A stretch of DNA of 22,082 nucleotides, from contig JAYENL010000269.1 in NCBI GenBank assembly GCA_034722055.1, forward strand, positions 1 through 22,082, read 5' to 3'. Below the pieces are notes generated by a model. It did no database searches, had not been told where the DNA came from, and saw only the letters and a list, made by a program, of their open reading frames with translations. The DNA is from Armatimonadota bacterium. GTDB lineage: Bacteria; Armatimonadota; Zipacnadia; Zipacnadales; UBA5352. A program made the position numbers and the translations under genes. Positions 1-8,998 of the stretch are shown piece after piece. Positions within the stretch are counted from its first letter, which is position 1. Each line of letters starts with the position of its first letter.

Positions 1-74
1 CCCTGCCCTGCGGCGGAAAAGAGAGACGTCAGATCCCGCCCCACGGCAGGAGACGCCCATTCTTCAGCAGTCAG
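1..74 (+). other. 3' part of a putative structured intervening sequence replacing the 5' end of the DUF1559 gene
   Basis: In-frame translation of 3-74 (LPCGGKERRQIPPHGRRRPFFSSQ) has no GFTLIELLVVIA motif. Imperfect hairpin 2-16/36-50 (CCTGCC/GGCAGG, GGCGG/CCGCC). The element's 5' end is outside the window. Confidence 0.5.
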
Positions 75-677
75 ATCATTGCGATCCTGGCAGCCATCCT
101 GTTCCCGGTGTTCGCACGAGCCCGGGAGAAGGCCCGCATGACGTCATGCCTCTCGAACGTCAAGCAGATCTCTCTGGCGTGCGCCATGTACCAGCAGGAC
201 TATGACGAGAGGACCATAGGCGGCAGTGGTTACAAGAACAACTCGATTAACTGGCAGTTGAAGGTGCATCCCTACGTCAAGAACTGGGACGTCTTCCGAT
301 GTCCGAGCAACGGCAGGGGCGAGTTCACGTACTGGGGAGCGCAGCTCTACTACGGCTACTCGCGCCCGACACTGCAGTACACCACCATGGCGGACATCCG
401 GTACCCGGCGCAGACCGTGCGCCTCGGCGACGGCGTGCATCCCGCGGTGGAGTACCCCCGCGGCTTCGCACCCAACGCCTGCAAGGTCGGCAACCCCACC
501 TGCAGCAGCGGCCGTGAGCCGAGGGAGACCGACTTCATCCACAACGGCGGCGACAACGTGTCGTTTTACGACGGTCACGCCAAGTGGATCAACTGGCGCA
601 CCCTCTACGGGGCCGCCATGTACCGCTACAACCTGAGCACTGACGACCCCGGCATCTACTTCGAGGCCAACCCGTAG
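75..677 (+). CDS. DUF1559 / prepilin-type N-terminal cleavage-methylation family protein with H-X9-DG C-terminal motif; 5' end missing or interrupted
   Basis: From 75 the frame reads IIAILAAILFPVFARAREKARMTSCLSNVKQI..MYQQDYDE..PYVKN..VFRCPS..HNGGDNVSFYDGHAKW; stop TAG 675-677. The ORF-track GTG at 108 is the internal Val of FPVF, not a true start. Confidence 0.9.
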   Translation: MIAILAAILFPVFARAREKARMTSCLSNVKQISLACAMYQQDYDERTIGGSGYKNNSINWQLKVHPYVKNWDVFRCPSNGRGEFTYWGAQLYYGYSRPTLQYTTMADIRYPAQTVRLGDGVHPAVEYPRGFAPNACKVGNPTCSSGREPRETDFIHNGGDNVSFYDGHAKWINWRTLYGAAMYRYNLSTDDPGIYFEANP

Positions 678-711
678 CTCAGACGCGGGTATGTCGGAGT
701 CTGCGGTTCGG

Positions 712-744
712 AGGACCGGTCGCGTGCTGTGCGCGGCCGGTCCT
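712..744 (+). terminator. GC-rich intergenic hairpin (possible terminator or mRNA stabiliser, no U-tract)
   Basis: AGGACCGGTCGCGTG pairs with TGCGCGGCCGGTCCT (about 15 bp); non-Watson-Crick positions are G-U on the + strand. Confidence 0.4.
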
Positions 745-764
745 GTCATATGTGGGGATGCCCA

Positions 765-1760
765 ATGAAGCGGACGCTGCGGGGCCTACTTGTGCTGGCC
801 GCACTGCTGTGCGTCTGGGCGCTGCTGCGCTGGTGGCTCCCGGCGCTGCTGCGTCCAGAGCCTGAGAGGCGCGTGATTGTGACGGAGCCCCCGATGGTAG
901 AGATGAGACCCCTCATCGTCCGCGAGCCGCAGCAACAGCGGTGGCGGGACGTGGCGGGCGTGGCCTACGATGAGGCTTTCCGCCAGAGCTTCGCGTATGG
1001 CTCCCCGGGCCACGCGGCGAGGATCCGGTGCCGGGCCGAGGGCCAAACGCTGCACGGGACGATCATCGCCCGCGGCCTCAAGCCCTGGTTCGCCTATCAG
1101 CTCAAGCTGGTCGGGGCGGCGCCACTTCGGGGCACATCCGAGGAGGACAACACCGGCGATTCCGCCACGTGGTCAAGCTGGCGGCTCGGCCGTCTGGGGC
1201 GATGGTGGTGCGAGGACTGCCAGTGGAACGTGCTCGATGAGGATCTGGCCGAGCACCTCTCGGAGGGGCATGACGTTCGCGGCTACGTGCTCTTCGACTG
1301 GTTCGTGACCGACGCCAACGGCGACGCCGAGCAGGACTTCGTCATCGATACCAGCCTGCACGTGCTGTGGCGCGAGGAGCAGCGCGATCGCGGCCGCCAC
1401 GACACGGCGGTGCGGCCGTATGAGCTGCGCCGGGGCGACTACGGCTACGGGCCGGACGCCCCGGACGTCGAATGCGTCGGCATCTACGGGGAGTGGGAGC
1501 CGGATCGCCCGCGGCCGGGCCGAGTCAGGCTCCCGGCAGGGCAGTATCAGGTTCGGCTCAACCTCACCGAGGAGAGCTTCCACGCCAACATGGACGATGA
1601 GCGCATGCTGGAGGGCGGCGGCTTCTGGGCCTGGGTGCTGGAGGCCGACGTGAGCTTTGCGGTGAAACCCATCCCGACCCGCGCGAGCCGCCCGGGGTGT
1701 ATTCCCGGGTCACATGAGGGCGCCGGCCTGCTGTGGCGGCTCTTCAGGCGCCCGACGTGA
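765..1760 (+). CDS. hypothetical protein with N-terminal membrane anchor
   Basis: ATG 765 after GGGGA; MKRTLRGLLVLAALLCVWALLRWW hydrophobic N-terminus; GC3-biased codons; contains a CxxC...H...H motif. Confidence 0.75.
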   Translation: MKRTLRGLLVLAALLCVWALLRWWLPALLRPEPERRVIVTEPPMVEMRPLIVREPQQQRWRDVAGVAYDEAFRQSFAYGSPGHAARIRCRAEGQTLHGTIIARGLKPWFAYQLKLVGAAPLRGTSEEDNTGDSATWSSWRLGRLGRWWCEDCQWNVLDEDLAEHLSEGHDVRGYVLFDWFVTDANGDAEQDFVIDTSLHVLWREEQRDRGRHDTAVRPYELRRGDYGYGPDAPDVECVGIYGEWEPDRPRPGRVRLPAGQYQVRLNLTEESFHANMDDERMLEGGGFWAWVLEADVSFAVKPIPTRASRPGCIPGSHEGAGLLWRLFRRPT

Positions 1761-1767
1761 AGGGAGC

Positions 1768-4047
1768 GTGAGCGGAGTGAGAGCCTCGCTCCGCATCTGG
1801 CACCTGGTCGCAGGCCTGGCGACACTCGGCATCTGGGGCTGCCTGGTCGTGGCCCAGGAGGCGCCCACCGGGAGCCTCGTGCCCAACGCCGGCATCGAGG
1901 AGGGGGTGGGGGAGGAGCCGGCCGAGTGGCGCTTCTACTCCTGGCAGGACTCCGAGGGGTGGTGGGAGGCCCAGCGCGCACACTCCGGCTCGCGAAGCCT
2001 CGGCATCTCCGGGCTCAACGGTGGCTGGAGCGTGACCGTTCCGGTTCAGGCCGGCGCTCTCTACAGCCTCAGCCTCCGTTACCGCGCTGAGGGCGGGCCC
2101 GGTCGCGTGGTGCCCTTCGTTCGCCGTCCGATCGGCGACGGCGAGATGGCGACGCTGCTCTACCGCCCCACGGCGGCCATCCCGCACGATCAGCAGGGCC
2201 AGTTCGTGGATGGCCGGTGGATCGGCGGCGCCGACGAGGAGGGCTGGGTGGCGGCTGACTTCGGCGAGTTCACCGTGCCGGAGGGCGTGGAGGCCGTGTC
2301 GCTGCTCGTCAAGCTCCGCGCCGACCAGCCGGGCGTGAGCCTGCTGCTCGACGACGTCGTGATCCGCCCCCTGGAGCGGCCGGAGCTGGAGGACACCGCG
2401 CGCATGCTCCGCCGGTTCCCGGGCGGCGCCCTGTGGACGGACAACGAGAATCGCAAGATCCTCCCCGACCGGCCGCTCCCCGAGGGAGAGCCCCTGGACG
2501 CTATCTCCGTCTCGGCCGCCCGCGGGGAGTATGAGGCCTTTCAGCTCGCGGTCACCCCCACCACCAGCGCGCGCAACGTGGCCTTCACCTGGACGGACCT
2601 CTCGGGGCCGGAGGTGCTCCCGGCCGACCTGATCTTCTGCCGGCGCATTGAGACCATCACCATCGAGCGGCCCATGGGGCCCTACGGCCACCGGGGACTC
2701 ACCCCCGATCCGCTCACCGACCGCCTGCCGGTGGACATTCCCGAAGGCGTCAACCAGGGCTTCTGGTTCACGTTGCACGTGCCCCCGGGTCAGCCGGCCG
2801 GCGAGTACGAGGGACAATTGACGCTCATCGCGGGTGATGACCAGGTCACCACGGTGCCGCTGCGGCTGCACGTCCACGACTTCGCCATCCCGCCTCGCCC
2901 CAGTCTTGACGTGCACTCCCACCTGCGATCGCGCCTGGTGCTGGAGAGGGAGGCGGGCGATCCGGAGTACGCGCTGGCGCGCTACTACGCCGACATCTAC
3001 GCACACCGCAGCCGCTGCTCTCCGGGCGTGATCCCCCGGGTGCAGGTGCGGGGCGAGACGGCGACGGTTGATGCCGAGGAGTACATCGACCACCTGCTGT
3101 TCATGCACGAGGAGCTGGGCGCCAGGCGCTTCACTGTCCCCTCGCTGTGGATCGGCCATCGCGGGGAGCACGTCATGCCCGCCGACGCCCAGTGGCAGGG
3201 CATCCCCATCTTCGCCGACAAGGAGCTGACCGAGCTCAATCCCGCCTTCGAGCTGCCCTTCCGCGACTACATGACCACGCTGGTGGTGGCGCTTAAGGAT
3301 GCCGGGGTCTTCCTGGAGCCGACCGTGCACTTCATCGACGAGCCGCGGCTGGACGATGAGCGCACGCGCAACGGCATCCGGACTCTCAGCGAGCTGCTGC
3401 TGGACATCGAGCCGGAGCTGCGCATCGCGCACACCGTCAGCGCCCCACACCCGGAGCTGCTGGACGTCACCCACGTCTGGGTGCTGCACACCGACGCCTG
3501 GGAGCGCTCACTGGCGCAGATCCAGGCGGCCCGCGAGGACGGGGACGCCATCCTGGTCTACAACAACGGCGTGAACTACCCCAGCCATCCGCCCATCCGC
3601 GTCCGGCTCTGGCCGTGGCTGCTGCGCAAGTACGCCGTGGACGGCACCTACTCGTGGTGGGGGACGGTGTGCTGGCGGGGACCGGTGGAGGACCCCTGGA
3701 CGGCCGGCGAGGGCAGCTCCGGTGTGCTGCTCTACCCGCCGCGCAGCGAGGAGGAGGCGGGGCCCATCGACTCCATCCGCTGGGAGCTGTTCCGCGAGGG
3801 GCTGGAGGACTACGAGTACATGGCGCTGGCCGAGCGCCTGGCCACTGAGCTCGAGGAGGCTGGCGACGCCGAGGCGGCAAAGGCCGGCCGCCAGGCGGTG
3901 CAGGAGGCGTTGGCGCTGGTGGAGCGGTGGCCCACGGTTCGTGGCGCGAACGACCAGCCCTACACGCTGGACGTCACCGCCGTCGATGCCGCCCGCGAGG
4001 CCCTCGCAGAGGCCATCGAGCGCATGCGGGACGCGCTGCAGCAGTAA
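1768..4047 (+). CDS. secreted DUF4091 / GH123-like glycoside hydrolase with N-terminal carbohydrate-binding-like domain
   Basis: Signal peptide (start GTG 1768 or 1777); LVPNAGIEEG..W..HSGSRSL CBM4/9-like start; AARGEYEAFQL; WFTLHVP..PAGEYEG; FIDEP acidic pair; GVLLYP..SIRWELFREGLEDYEY DUF4091 signature. Confidence 0.8.
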   Translation: MSGVRASLRIWHLVAGLATLGIWGCLVVAQEAPTGSLVPNAGIEEGVGEEPAEWRFYSWQDSEGWWEAQRAHSGSRSLGISGLNGGWSVTVPVQAGALYSLSLRYRAEGGPGRVVPFVRRPIGDGEMATLLYRPTAAIPHDQQGQFVDGRWIGGADEEGWVAADFGEFTVPEGVEAVSLLVKLRADQPGVSLLLDDVVIRPLERPELEDTARMLRRFPGGALWTDNENRKILPDRPLPEGEPLDAISVSAARGEYEAFQLAVTPTTSARNVAFTWTDLSGPEVLPADLIFCRRIETITIERPMGPYGHRGLTPDPLTDRLPVDIPEGVNQGFWFTLHVPPGQPAGEYEGQLTLIAGDDQVTTVPLRLHVHDFAIPPRPSLDVHSHLRSRLVLEREAGDPEYALARYYADIYAHRSRCSPGVIPRVQVRGETATVDAEEYIDHLLFMHEELGARRFTVPSLWIGHRGEHVMPADAQWQGIPIFADKELTELNPAFELPFRDYMTTLVVALKDAGVFLEPTVHFIDEPRLDDERTRNGIRTLSELLLDIEPELRIAHTVSAPHPELLDVTHVWVLHTDAWERSLAQIQAAREDGDAILVYNNGVNYPSHPPIRVRLWPWLLRKYAVDGTYSWWGTVCWRGPVEDPWTAGEGSSGVLLYPPRSEEEAGPIDSIRWELFREGLEDYEYMALAERLATELEEAGDAEAAKAGRQAVQEALALVERWPTVRGANDQPYTLDVTAVDAAREALAEAIERMRDALQQ

Positions 4048-4076
4048 CGGAGGAGCCGCAGTATCTGGCGGGACGC

Positions 4077-6434
4077 TCACTCCTCTACCTTCACCAGCAC
4101 CACTCGCTCGACGCAGATGGCGTTCGGCTGATCCTCCCGGCCGTGGGGGAAGGCCGGGCCCTCGAACTTGATGCGCGCCCAGATGTCGAACTCCTGGTCG
4201 GGATTCTCCGGGTCCCAGGCGGCGTCGATGTCCACCTGGATGATCCAGCTCCAGAAGAAGTACAGGTAGTAGGATGGGCCGATCTCGAAGGTCCCCATCT
4301 TGTACCAGTGGTAGCCGGGTCCGGGCACATCCTCGGCCTCGATGCGGCCGCTGCCGGCGGCCTCGCGGTTCGCCTGGTCGTACAGCCCCCACGGCATGGG
4401 CAGCGTGTATCGCTCCACCGGATGATTGTCCGTGTCGATGGCGGTGGGGAACTCCAGGCGATTGGTGATGCCGCTCTCCGCCTCCTCGTCCCGCACCACC
4501 TTCACGATGTCCCTCCAGTTGCGCGTGACGTCGGCGGTGAAGTCGAACACCCGATCGGCCGGCAGGTCCGCGAACTTCTCGGGCGGCGGCACATAGGTGG
4601 GCAGCGCCGTGTAGCGCGTGATCTCGTCCTCGATTCGGGCGCGCTCCTGCTCCCGCTGAGCCTCCGGGATGCGCCGCTCGATCTCCGCCAGCCACGTCTG
4701 CGTGTAGCGGTCTGCGATCTGCTGCCGGTCGAGGGGCATCGTCTCCGGCTCGTTGCCCTCCGCGACCCAGGCGCGCGTGAGCTTCCGGAACAGCATCACG
4801 GTGGCCCGGTCGAGCGGCATGCGGGCGTGCCTCACACGCTGCAGCAGCGCCTCGTCGCCGGCCACGGCCTGCTCCGCGCGCTCGAAGATCGACTGCGCCT
4901 CCCGGATGAAGTCCAGTGTCAGGTAGCTGAAGGAAGGCAGCGTGGCGCCCATGGAGATATAGCTGATCCGCTGCTGGGAGGCCGCCTCCAGCGCCGAGAG
5001 GTACTCGCGGATCACGGGCCCTGCCGCGCCGTAGAAGCCATCCGTGAAGGTCGCCAGCAGCTCAGCGTAGTCGGCGTAGGGGTCCTCGAGCAGCTTCATC
5101 ATCATCCAGACCTTGAGGTCGCGCATGTCGGCGCGCACCGGGAACTCCAGCTCCGTGAACACGCCCTCCACGTTGTGCTCGGCGTAGAACTGGAAGTCCG
5201 GCTGATAGGTGTGAACGCTGGGCATGGGCAGGCCGCGCGGCCGGGCGTAGGTCACCGCGTAGTCCCAGATGCGCAAGTTCGGGGCGATCTCCGCCCACGT
5301 GAGCAGGAAGTCATGGAAGCTCTCGTTCTCCGGGTCCAGGATCGAGCGGGTGAAGTTGCTGGTCGTGTCGCACAGGCGGATGATGACGTTCTGCCGGGGG
5401 CGGATTGTCGCCGGCGGCTTCTGTGTGTACTGATAGGCCAGCGTGCTGATGTAGACGTCGGGGTGCTCGTCGGCGATGGCATCGGCGATGAAGTTGACGA
5501 AGTCCAGCAGCGGCCCGGCCTCCGAGCCCTCCCGCTCCGCGATGGCCTGGCAGCTCTCGCACTGGCACGCCCCCCGCCAGTCGTTCTGGGAGATGGAGTA
5601 GACCCTGGGCGGCGGCACGCCCCGCTGGGCGGCGTCCTCCGTCCCCTCCTCGATGTACCGGCTCAGCTTCTCCACGAACAGCTCCCGCAGCTCGTGGTTC
5701 GTCAGACACAGTTGCGTCCGCTCGGCCTTGCGCTCACCGTCGATGAGCGAGAAGTACTCCGGATGCGTCTCGAAGTACTGGTCCGGGGGGATGTAGGAGT
5801 TGAAGGTGTGCACGTGATAGGGCGGACCGTAGTCGTAGCTGCCCCCGTAGCGCGCGACGATCTCCGGATCGCCCTGCCGGTTGAGCCGGTTGCGGGCCGC
5901 GAAGGCCCCTCCGTCGCCGGCATAGGTGCGGTAGATGTCGCGGTAGCGCAGCACCGGCTGGCCGTGCATGTCGAGGTCGGTCAGCTCAATGGTCCGCCGG
6001 CTGGGCACGCTCTCGTCCCATGGCGTCCACCAGTGCACTCCCAGCGCGTCCTCGAGCAGATGATAGGCCGCGTAGAGCGTGCCGCGCGGGCGTCCGCCGA
6101 TGACGATGAGGTCATCCCCATCGGTCCGCACCACCCACTCCTCGCCCCCGAGCGCATCGCTCCCCAGCCCCATGTCCGCCGCACGCTGCGTCGGGCCCAC
6201 GTAGATCGCGGGACCTTCCGCCTCCGCCTCGTCGCCAAGCGTGAACTCGCACCCGGCCATCTGGCCCAGATACGCCGCCAGCTCCTCCGCGGCGGCCCGC
6301 TCGGCAACGGTGGCCTCATCGGCGACTACGATGCTCGCCATGGGCTCGCCGTCCGCCGCGACCGTCACGGCCTGTGCCCGGCCGGCGCAGATGAGCATGC
6401 AACACGCGAACGCTGTCAGCATCCTGGCCTTCAT
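4077..6434 (-). CDS. secreted DUF4838 domain-containing protein (putative glycoside hydrolase)
   Basis: Signal peptide; AAEELAAYL..RGTLYAAYHLLE..GVHWWTP N-domain; HTF..YFETHPEYF..QLCLTN; SQND..CQCESC; TLAYQYT; FYGAAG. ATGA overlap with the upstream gene. Confidence 0.85.
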   Translation of the reverse strand: MKARMLTAFACCMLICAGRAQAVTVAADGEPMASIVVADEATVAERAAAEELAAYLGQMAGCEFTLGDEAEAEGPAIYVGPTQRAADMGLGSDALGGEEWVVRTDGDDLIVIGGRPRGTLYAAYHLLEDALGVHWWTPWDESVPSRRTIELTDLDMHGQPVLRYRDIYRTYAGDGGAFAARNRLNRQGDPEIVARYGGSYDYGPPYHVHTFNSYIPPDQYFETHPEYFSLIDGERKAERTQLCLTNHELRELFVEKLSRYIEEGTEDAAQRGVPPPRVYSISQNDWRGACQCESCQAIAEREGSEAGPLLDFVNFIADAIADEHPDVYISTLAYQYTQKPPATIRPRQNVIIRLCDTTSNFTRSILDPENESFHDFLLTWAEIAPNLRIWDYAVTYARPRGLPMPSVHTYQPDFQFYAEHNVEGVFTELEFPVRADMRDLKVWMMMKLLEDPYADYAELLATFTDGFYGAAGPVIREYLSALEAASQQRISYISMGATLPSFSYLTLDFIREAQSIFERAEQAVAGDEALLQRVRHARMPLDRATVMLFRKLTRAWVAEGNEPETMPLDRQQIADRYTQTWLAEIERRIPEAQREQERARIEDEITRYTALPTYVPPPEKFADLPADRVFDFTADVTRNWRDIVKVVRDEEAESGITNRLEFPTAIDTDNHPVERYTLPMPWGLYDQANREAAGSGRIEAEDVPGPGYHWYKMGTFEIGPSYYLYFFWSWIIQVDIDAAWDPENPDQEFDIWARIKFEGPAFPHGREDQPNAICVERVVLVKVEE

Positions 6435-8284
6435 GGCTCTGTCTCCTCACGATCGTGGTCACGGCCCTCTCGTAGGCGCTCCGCGATGAAATCCGCAATC
6501 CGCTGCGTCGCCCCACCGTCGCGCAGACCCAGGTGGCGATCCAGGAAACACTCCTGGTCCTGCAGGCTTCGCTGCCTCGCCTCCGGCTCGACCAGCACCG
6601 AGCGGAGGGTGGGGAGGATGTCATCATACTCCCACACGCCAAGCGCTGCTCCCTCCTCCGCGTACGGATACTGATCCGGCCCCCCGGAGAGGTTCACGGT
6701 GAGAACCGGAGTGCGCAGCAGGGCGGCCTCCAGGGCGGTGGTCGAGAAGCGGGTGATGAGCACGTCCGCTGCAGCGATGAGGCGCAGCAGCGGCAGCTCC
6801 CCGTGGCGGATCAGGCGGGCGGCACGGCGGTGCCGGCGGAGCAGCGGCCTGTAGCGGGCCAGGTCCCGCTCGTGGGGGTGAGGCTTGATGACGAGGAGGG
6901 CATTCAGCTCCTCACACGCCTGGGCCGCCCCCTCCAGCCACCACCGCGGCTCGGTCCTGCGCAGCCTTCCCTCGATGGGCTGGGTGGTTACCAGGACCAG
7001 GCGGTCATGCTCCCCGAGCAGCTCAGACCTCAGCGGCTCCGCCGCCTCGCCCTCACTCACGTCGTCGTACAGGCAGTGGCCCGTGGTGGTGAAGCGTGTG
7101 TGCGGCGCCGCGAGCGGCTGCAGGACCTCCCGGGCGTAGGGGCCGAACACCAGGACATCGTCATACGGCAGCAGCGCTCCCGTCTGGAAGTAGGGGCCCC
7201 AGATGCCGTGCTGCACGCAGATGGTCGGAATCGTGCGGTGGCGGGCCTGCAGCACACCGGCCGCCAGAGCACCGCCGTAGGTGTTGAAGGCCACCAGCGC
7301 CGCCGACTTCAGCCTCCCCAGCACTCGCTCCCAGAGCCGCGCATAGTGGATGCAGGCCGTGACGTCGCGCGTCAGCGTGGTCCGCAGCCTGGAGCCGAGC
7401 AGCTTCAGCGCCGCCGGAGGCAGATCGGAGAGGGGGCCGACCTCAGCCAGCCGCCTGGCGGCCCGCGCGCCGGCGCGCCAGGCGGTGAGCACCTCCCGGC
7501 GCGCCTGCCTCACCATGTCAGGCTCGCAGAACGAGTGGATCGAGACCCGGGGGAGCTCCCCCTCTTCCATCGGCTCTCCGGGATCCCCGGGCGGGATGTC
7601 GATCGCCAGGCAGCGCAGCCCATGGTCCTCCTGGATGCGGCCGGCGATGCGATCGTAGAGCGGTATCAGCGTGGGCCCGAAGACTGCGAAGACCACGTCA
7701 GCGGTCCCCGGCACTTCCTCTCTGCCAGCTCTGCCGGCTCTGCCCAGAAAGCGCAGAGCCTGGGCCACGGGCACGGTCGGCGCCGTCAGCGCCCGCGCCC
7801 GCCGCTTCCACCACGGGGCTGACAGCTCCAGCGGCGCTCCAGCCGCATCCGCGATCACCGCCGCGATCTCGGCGACCATCTGCCTTCTCGACCACCAGCC
7901 GTCGCTCCCATGCAGCTCCCAGGCCAGCACCTCCTCGGGCGCCGCCTCCGTGGCACGGCGGGCCAGCTCCAGGTTTGCCAGCAGCGGCCCCAGAGAGAAC
8001 TTCACGAAGAGGTCGGCGGACAGATTCCAGGCCGAGTGCCCCCATCCCGGCCGGCTGTCAGCCAGCCAGTCGGGCAGCACCGCGGAGATCTCTCGGGCGA
8101 TGCGCTGGGACTCCAGGTTGAACTCGGGGAAGCGCTCCCGGAGCTGATCGTAGCCCGGCCCCGCCATGAAGACCGCCTCGTCAAAGCGCTCCACCAGCGG
8201 CAGCACCACGTCCCCGTCGCGCAGCACCGCCTCGGGGACGCCGGGGTGCACCAGAGCCGAGTCGCACACTACGAGTCGCTTCAT
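6431..8284 (-). CDS. GT-B fold surface-polysaccharide biosynthesis protein (UDP-GlcNAc 2-epimerase / CDP-glycerol glycerophosphotransferase-like C-terminus)
   Basis: IPTICVQHG, VLVFG, TTGH..YD, LVTTQP, IKPHPHE, ADVLITRFSTTALEAALLRTPV and DGGATQRI motifs. Start uncertain (8284, 8332 or 8356). Confidence 0.7.
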   Translation of the reverse strand: MKRLVVCDSALVHPGVPEAVLRDGDVVLPLVERFDEAVFMAGPGYDQLRERFPEFNLESQRIAREISAVLPDWLADSRPGWGHSAWNLSADLFVKFSLGPLLANLELARRATEAAPEEVLAWELHGSDGWWSRRQMVAEIAAVIADAAGAPLELSAPWWKRRARALTAPTVPVAQALRFLGRAGRAGREEVPGTADVVFAVFGPTLIPLYDRIAGRIQEDHGLRCLAIDIPPGDPGEPMEEGELPRVSIHSFCEPDMVRQARREVLTAWRAGARAARRLAEVGPLSDLPPAALKLLGSRLRTTLTRDVTACIHYARLWERVLGRLKSAALVAFNTYGGALAAGVLQARHRTIPTICVQHGIWGPYFQTGALLPYDDVLVFGPYAREVLQPLAAPHTRFTTTGHCLYDDVSEGEAAEPLRSELLGEHDRLVLVTTQPIEGRLRRTEPRWWLEGAAQACEELNALLVIKPHPHERDLARYRPLLRRHRRAARLIRHGELPLLRLIAAADVLITRFSTTALEAALLRTPVLTVNLSGGPDQYPYAEEGAALGVWEYDDILPTLRSVLVEPEARQRSLQDQECFLDRHLGLRDGGATQRIADFIAERLREGRDHDREETEP

Positions 8285-8380
8285 GACGCCGCCGGTCCTG
8301 AGCAACAGAGGGTCGGGATTATGCCGCGCCATGTTCTTCTCGCGGGCATGGAGCAAGACCTTCGGTGCGGGGGAGCGGGA

Positions 8381-8998
8381 TCAATCGCTGAGATGGAAGG
8401 CCAGCGTCTCGAGTTGCACGGTCAGGTCCACACCGCGCACCACAACCTCGTCGGGAACCTTCAGCGTCACCGGAGCGAAGTTCAGGATAGCCTTGACGCC
8501 GGCGTCGATGAGTGCGTCGGCGACTCCCTGTGCGGCCTGTCGGGGGACGGCGATGACGCCGATGCTCACGTCGCGATCGGCGATGACCTCCGCCAGACGG
8601 TGAAAGGCCATCACCTCGTAGCCGCGCAGCCGGTCGCCGATCTTGGCCGGGTTGTTGTCGAACACCGCCACGATCCGAAACCCCCGCCTCTCGAAGCCGG
8701 GGTAGTTGATCAGCGCCGACCCCAACGCTCCGGCGCCCACCACCACGACCTCCAGCTCCCGGTCCAGGCCCATCATGCGCTTGAGCGAGGAGTGGAGCTG
8801 CTCAACGTCGTAGCCGACGCCGGGCTGACCGAACTCGCCGAAGAAAGACAGGTCCTTCCGCACCTGGGCAGCATTGACCCCTGCGGCCTCCGCTATAGCC
8901 GCGGAGGAGATGGTGGGCTCGTTATGCCTCTCGAGGATCCTGAGATACCGGCATATCCGCAGCAGCGTGGGATCGGGCACCTGTTTGCGCTCTGGCAT
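8381..8998 (-). CDS. rex: redox-sensing transcriptional repressor Rex
   Basis: PTLLRICRY..ISS..AAQVRKDLSFFGEFGQPGVGY winged helix; VGAGALGSAL Rossmann motif; FDNNPAKIG; ILNFAP. ATG 8998 follows GAGG. Confidence 0.95.
   Translation of the reverse strand: MPERKQVPDPTLLRICRYLRILERHNEPTISSAAIAEAAGVNAAQVRKDLSFFGEFGQPGVGYDVEQLHSSLKRMMGLDRELEVVVVGAGALGSALINYPGFERRGFRIVAVFDNNPAKIGDRLRGYEVMAFHRLAEVIADRDVSIGVIAVPRQAAQGVADALIDAGVKAILNFAPVTLKVPDEVVVRGVDLTVQLETLAFHLSD

Noticed and set aside
1..76. Group II intron 3' end (junction could shift to end in AT at 75-76)
   Set aside because: No domain V-like hairpin with an AGC/CGC triad and no convincing domain VI in the preceding 75 nt.
3927..6674. 915-aa plus-strand ORF and other long antisense ORFs (e.g. 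1744-3489, 10315-12222, 6533-7822)
   Set aside because: Shadow frames of well-supported opposite-strand genes in high-GC DNA; no recognisable motifs.
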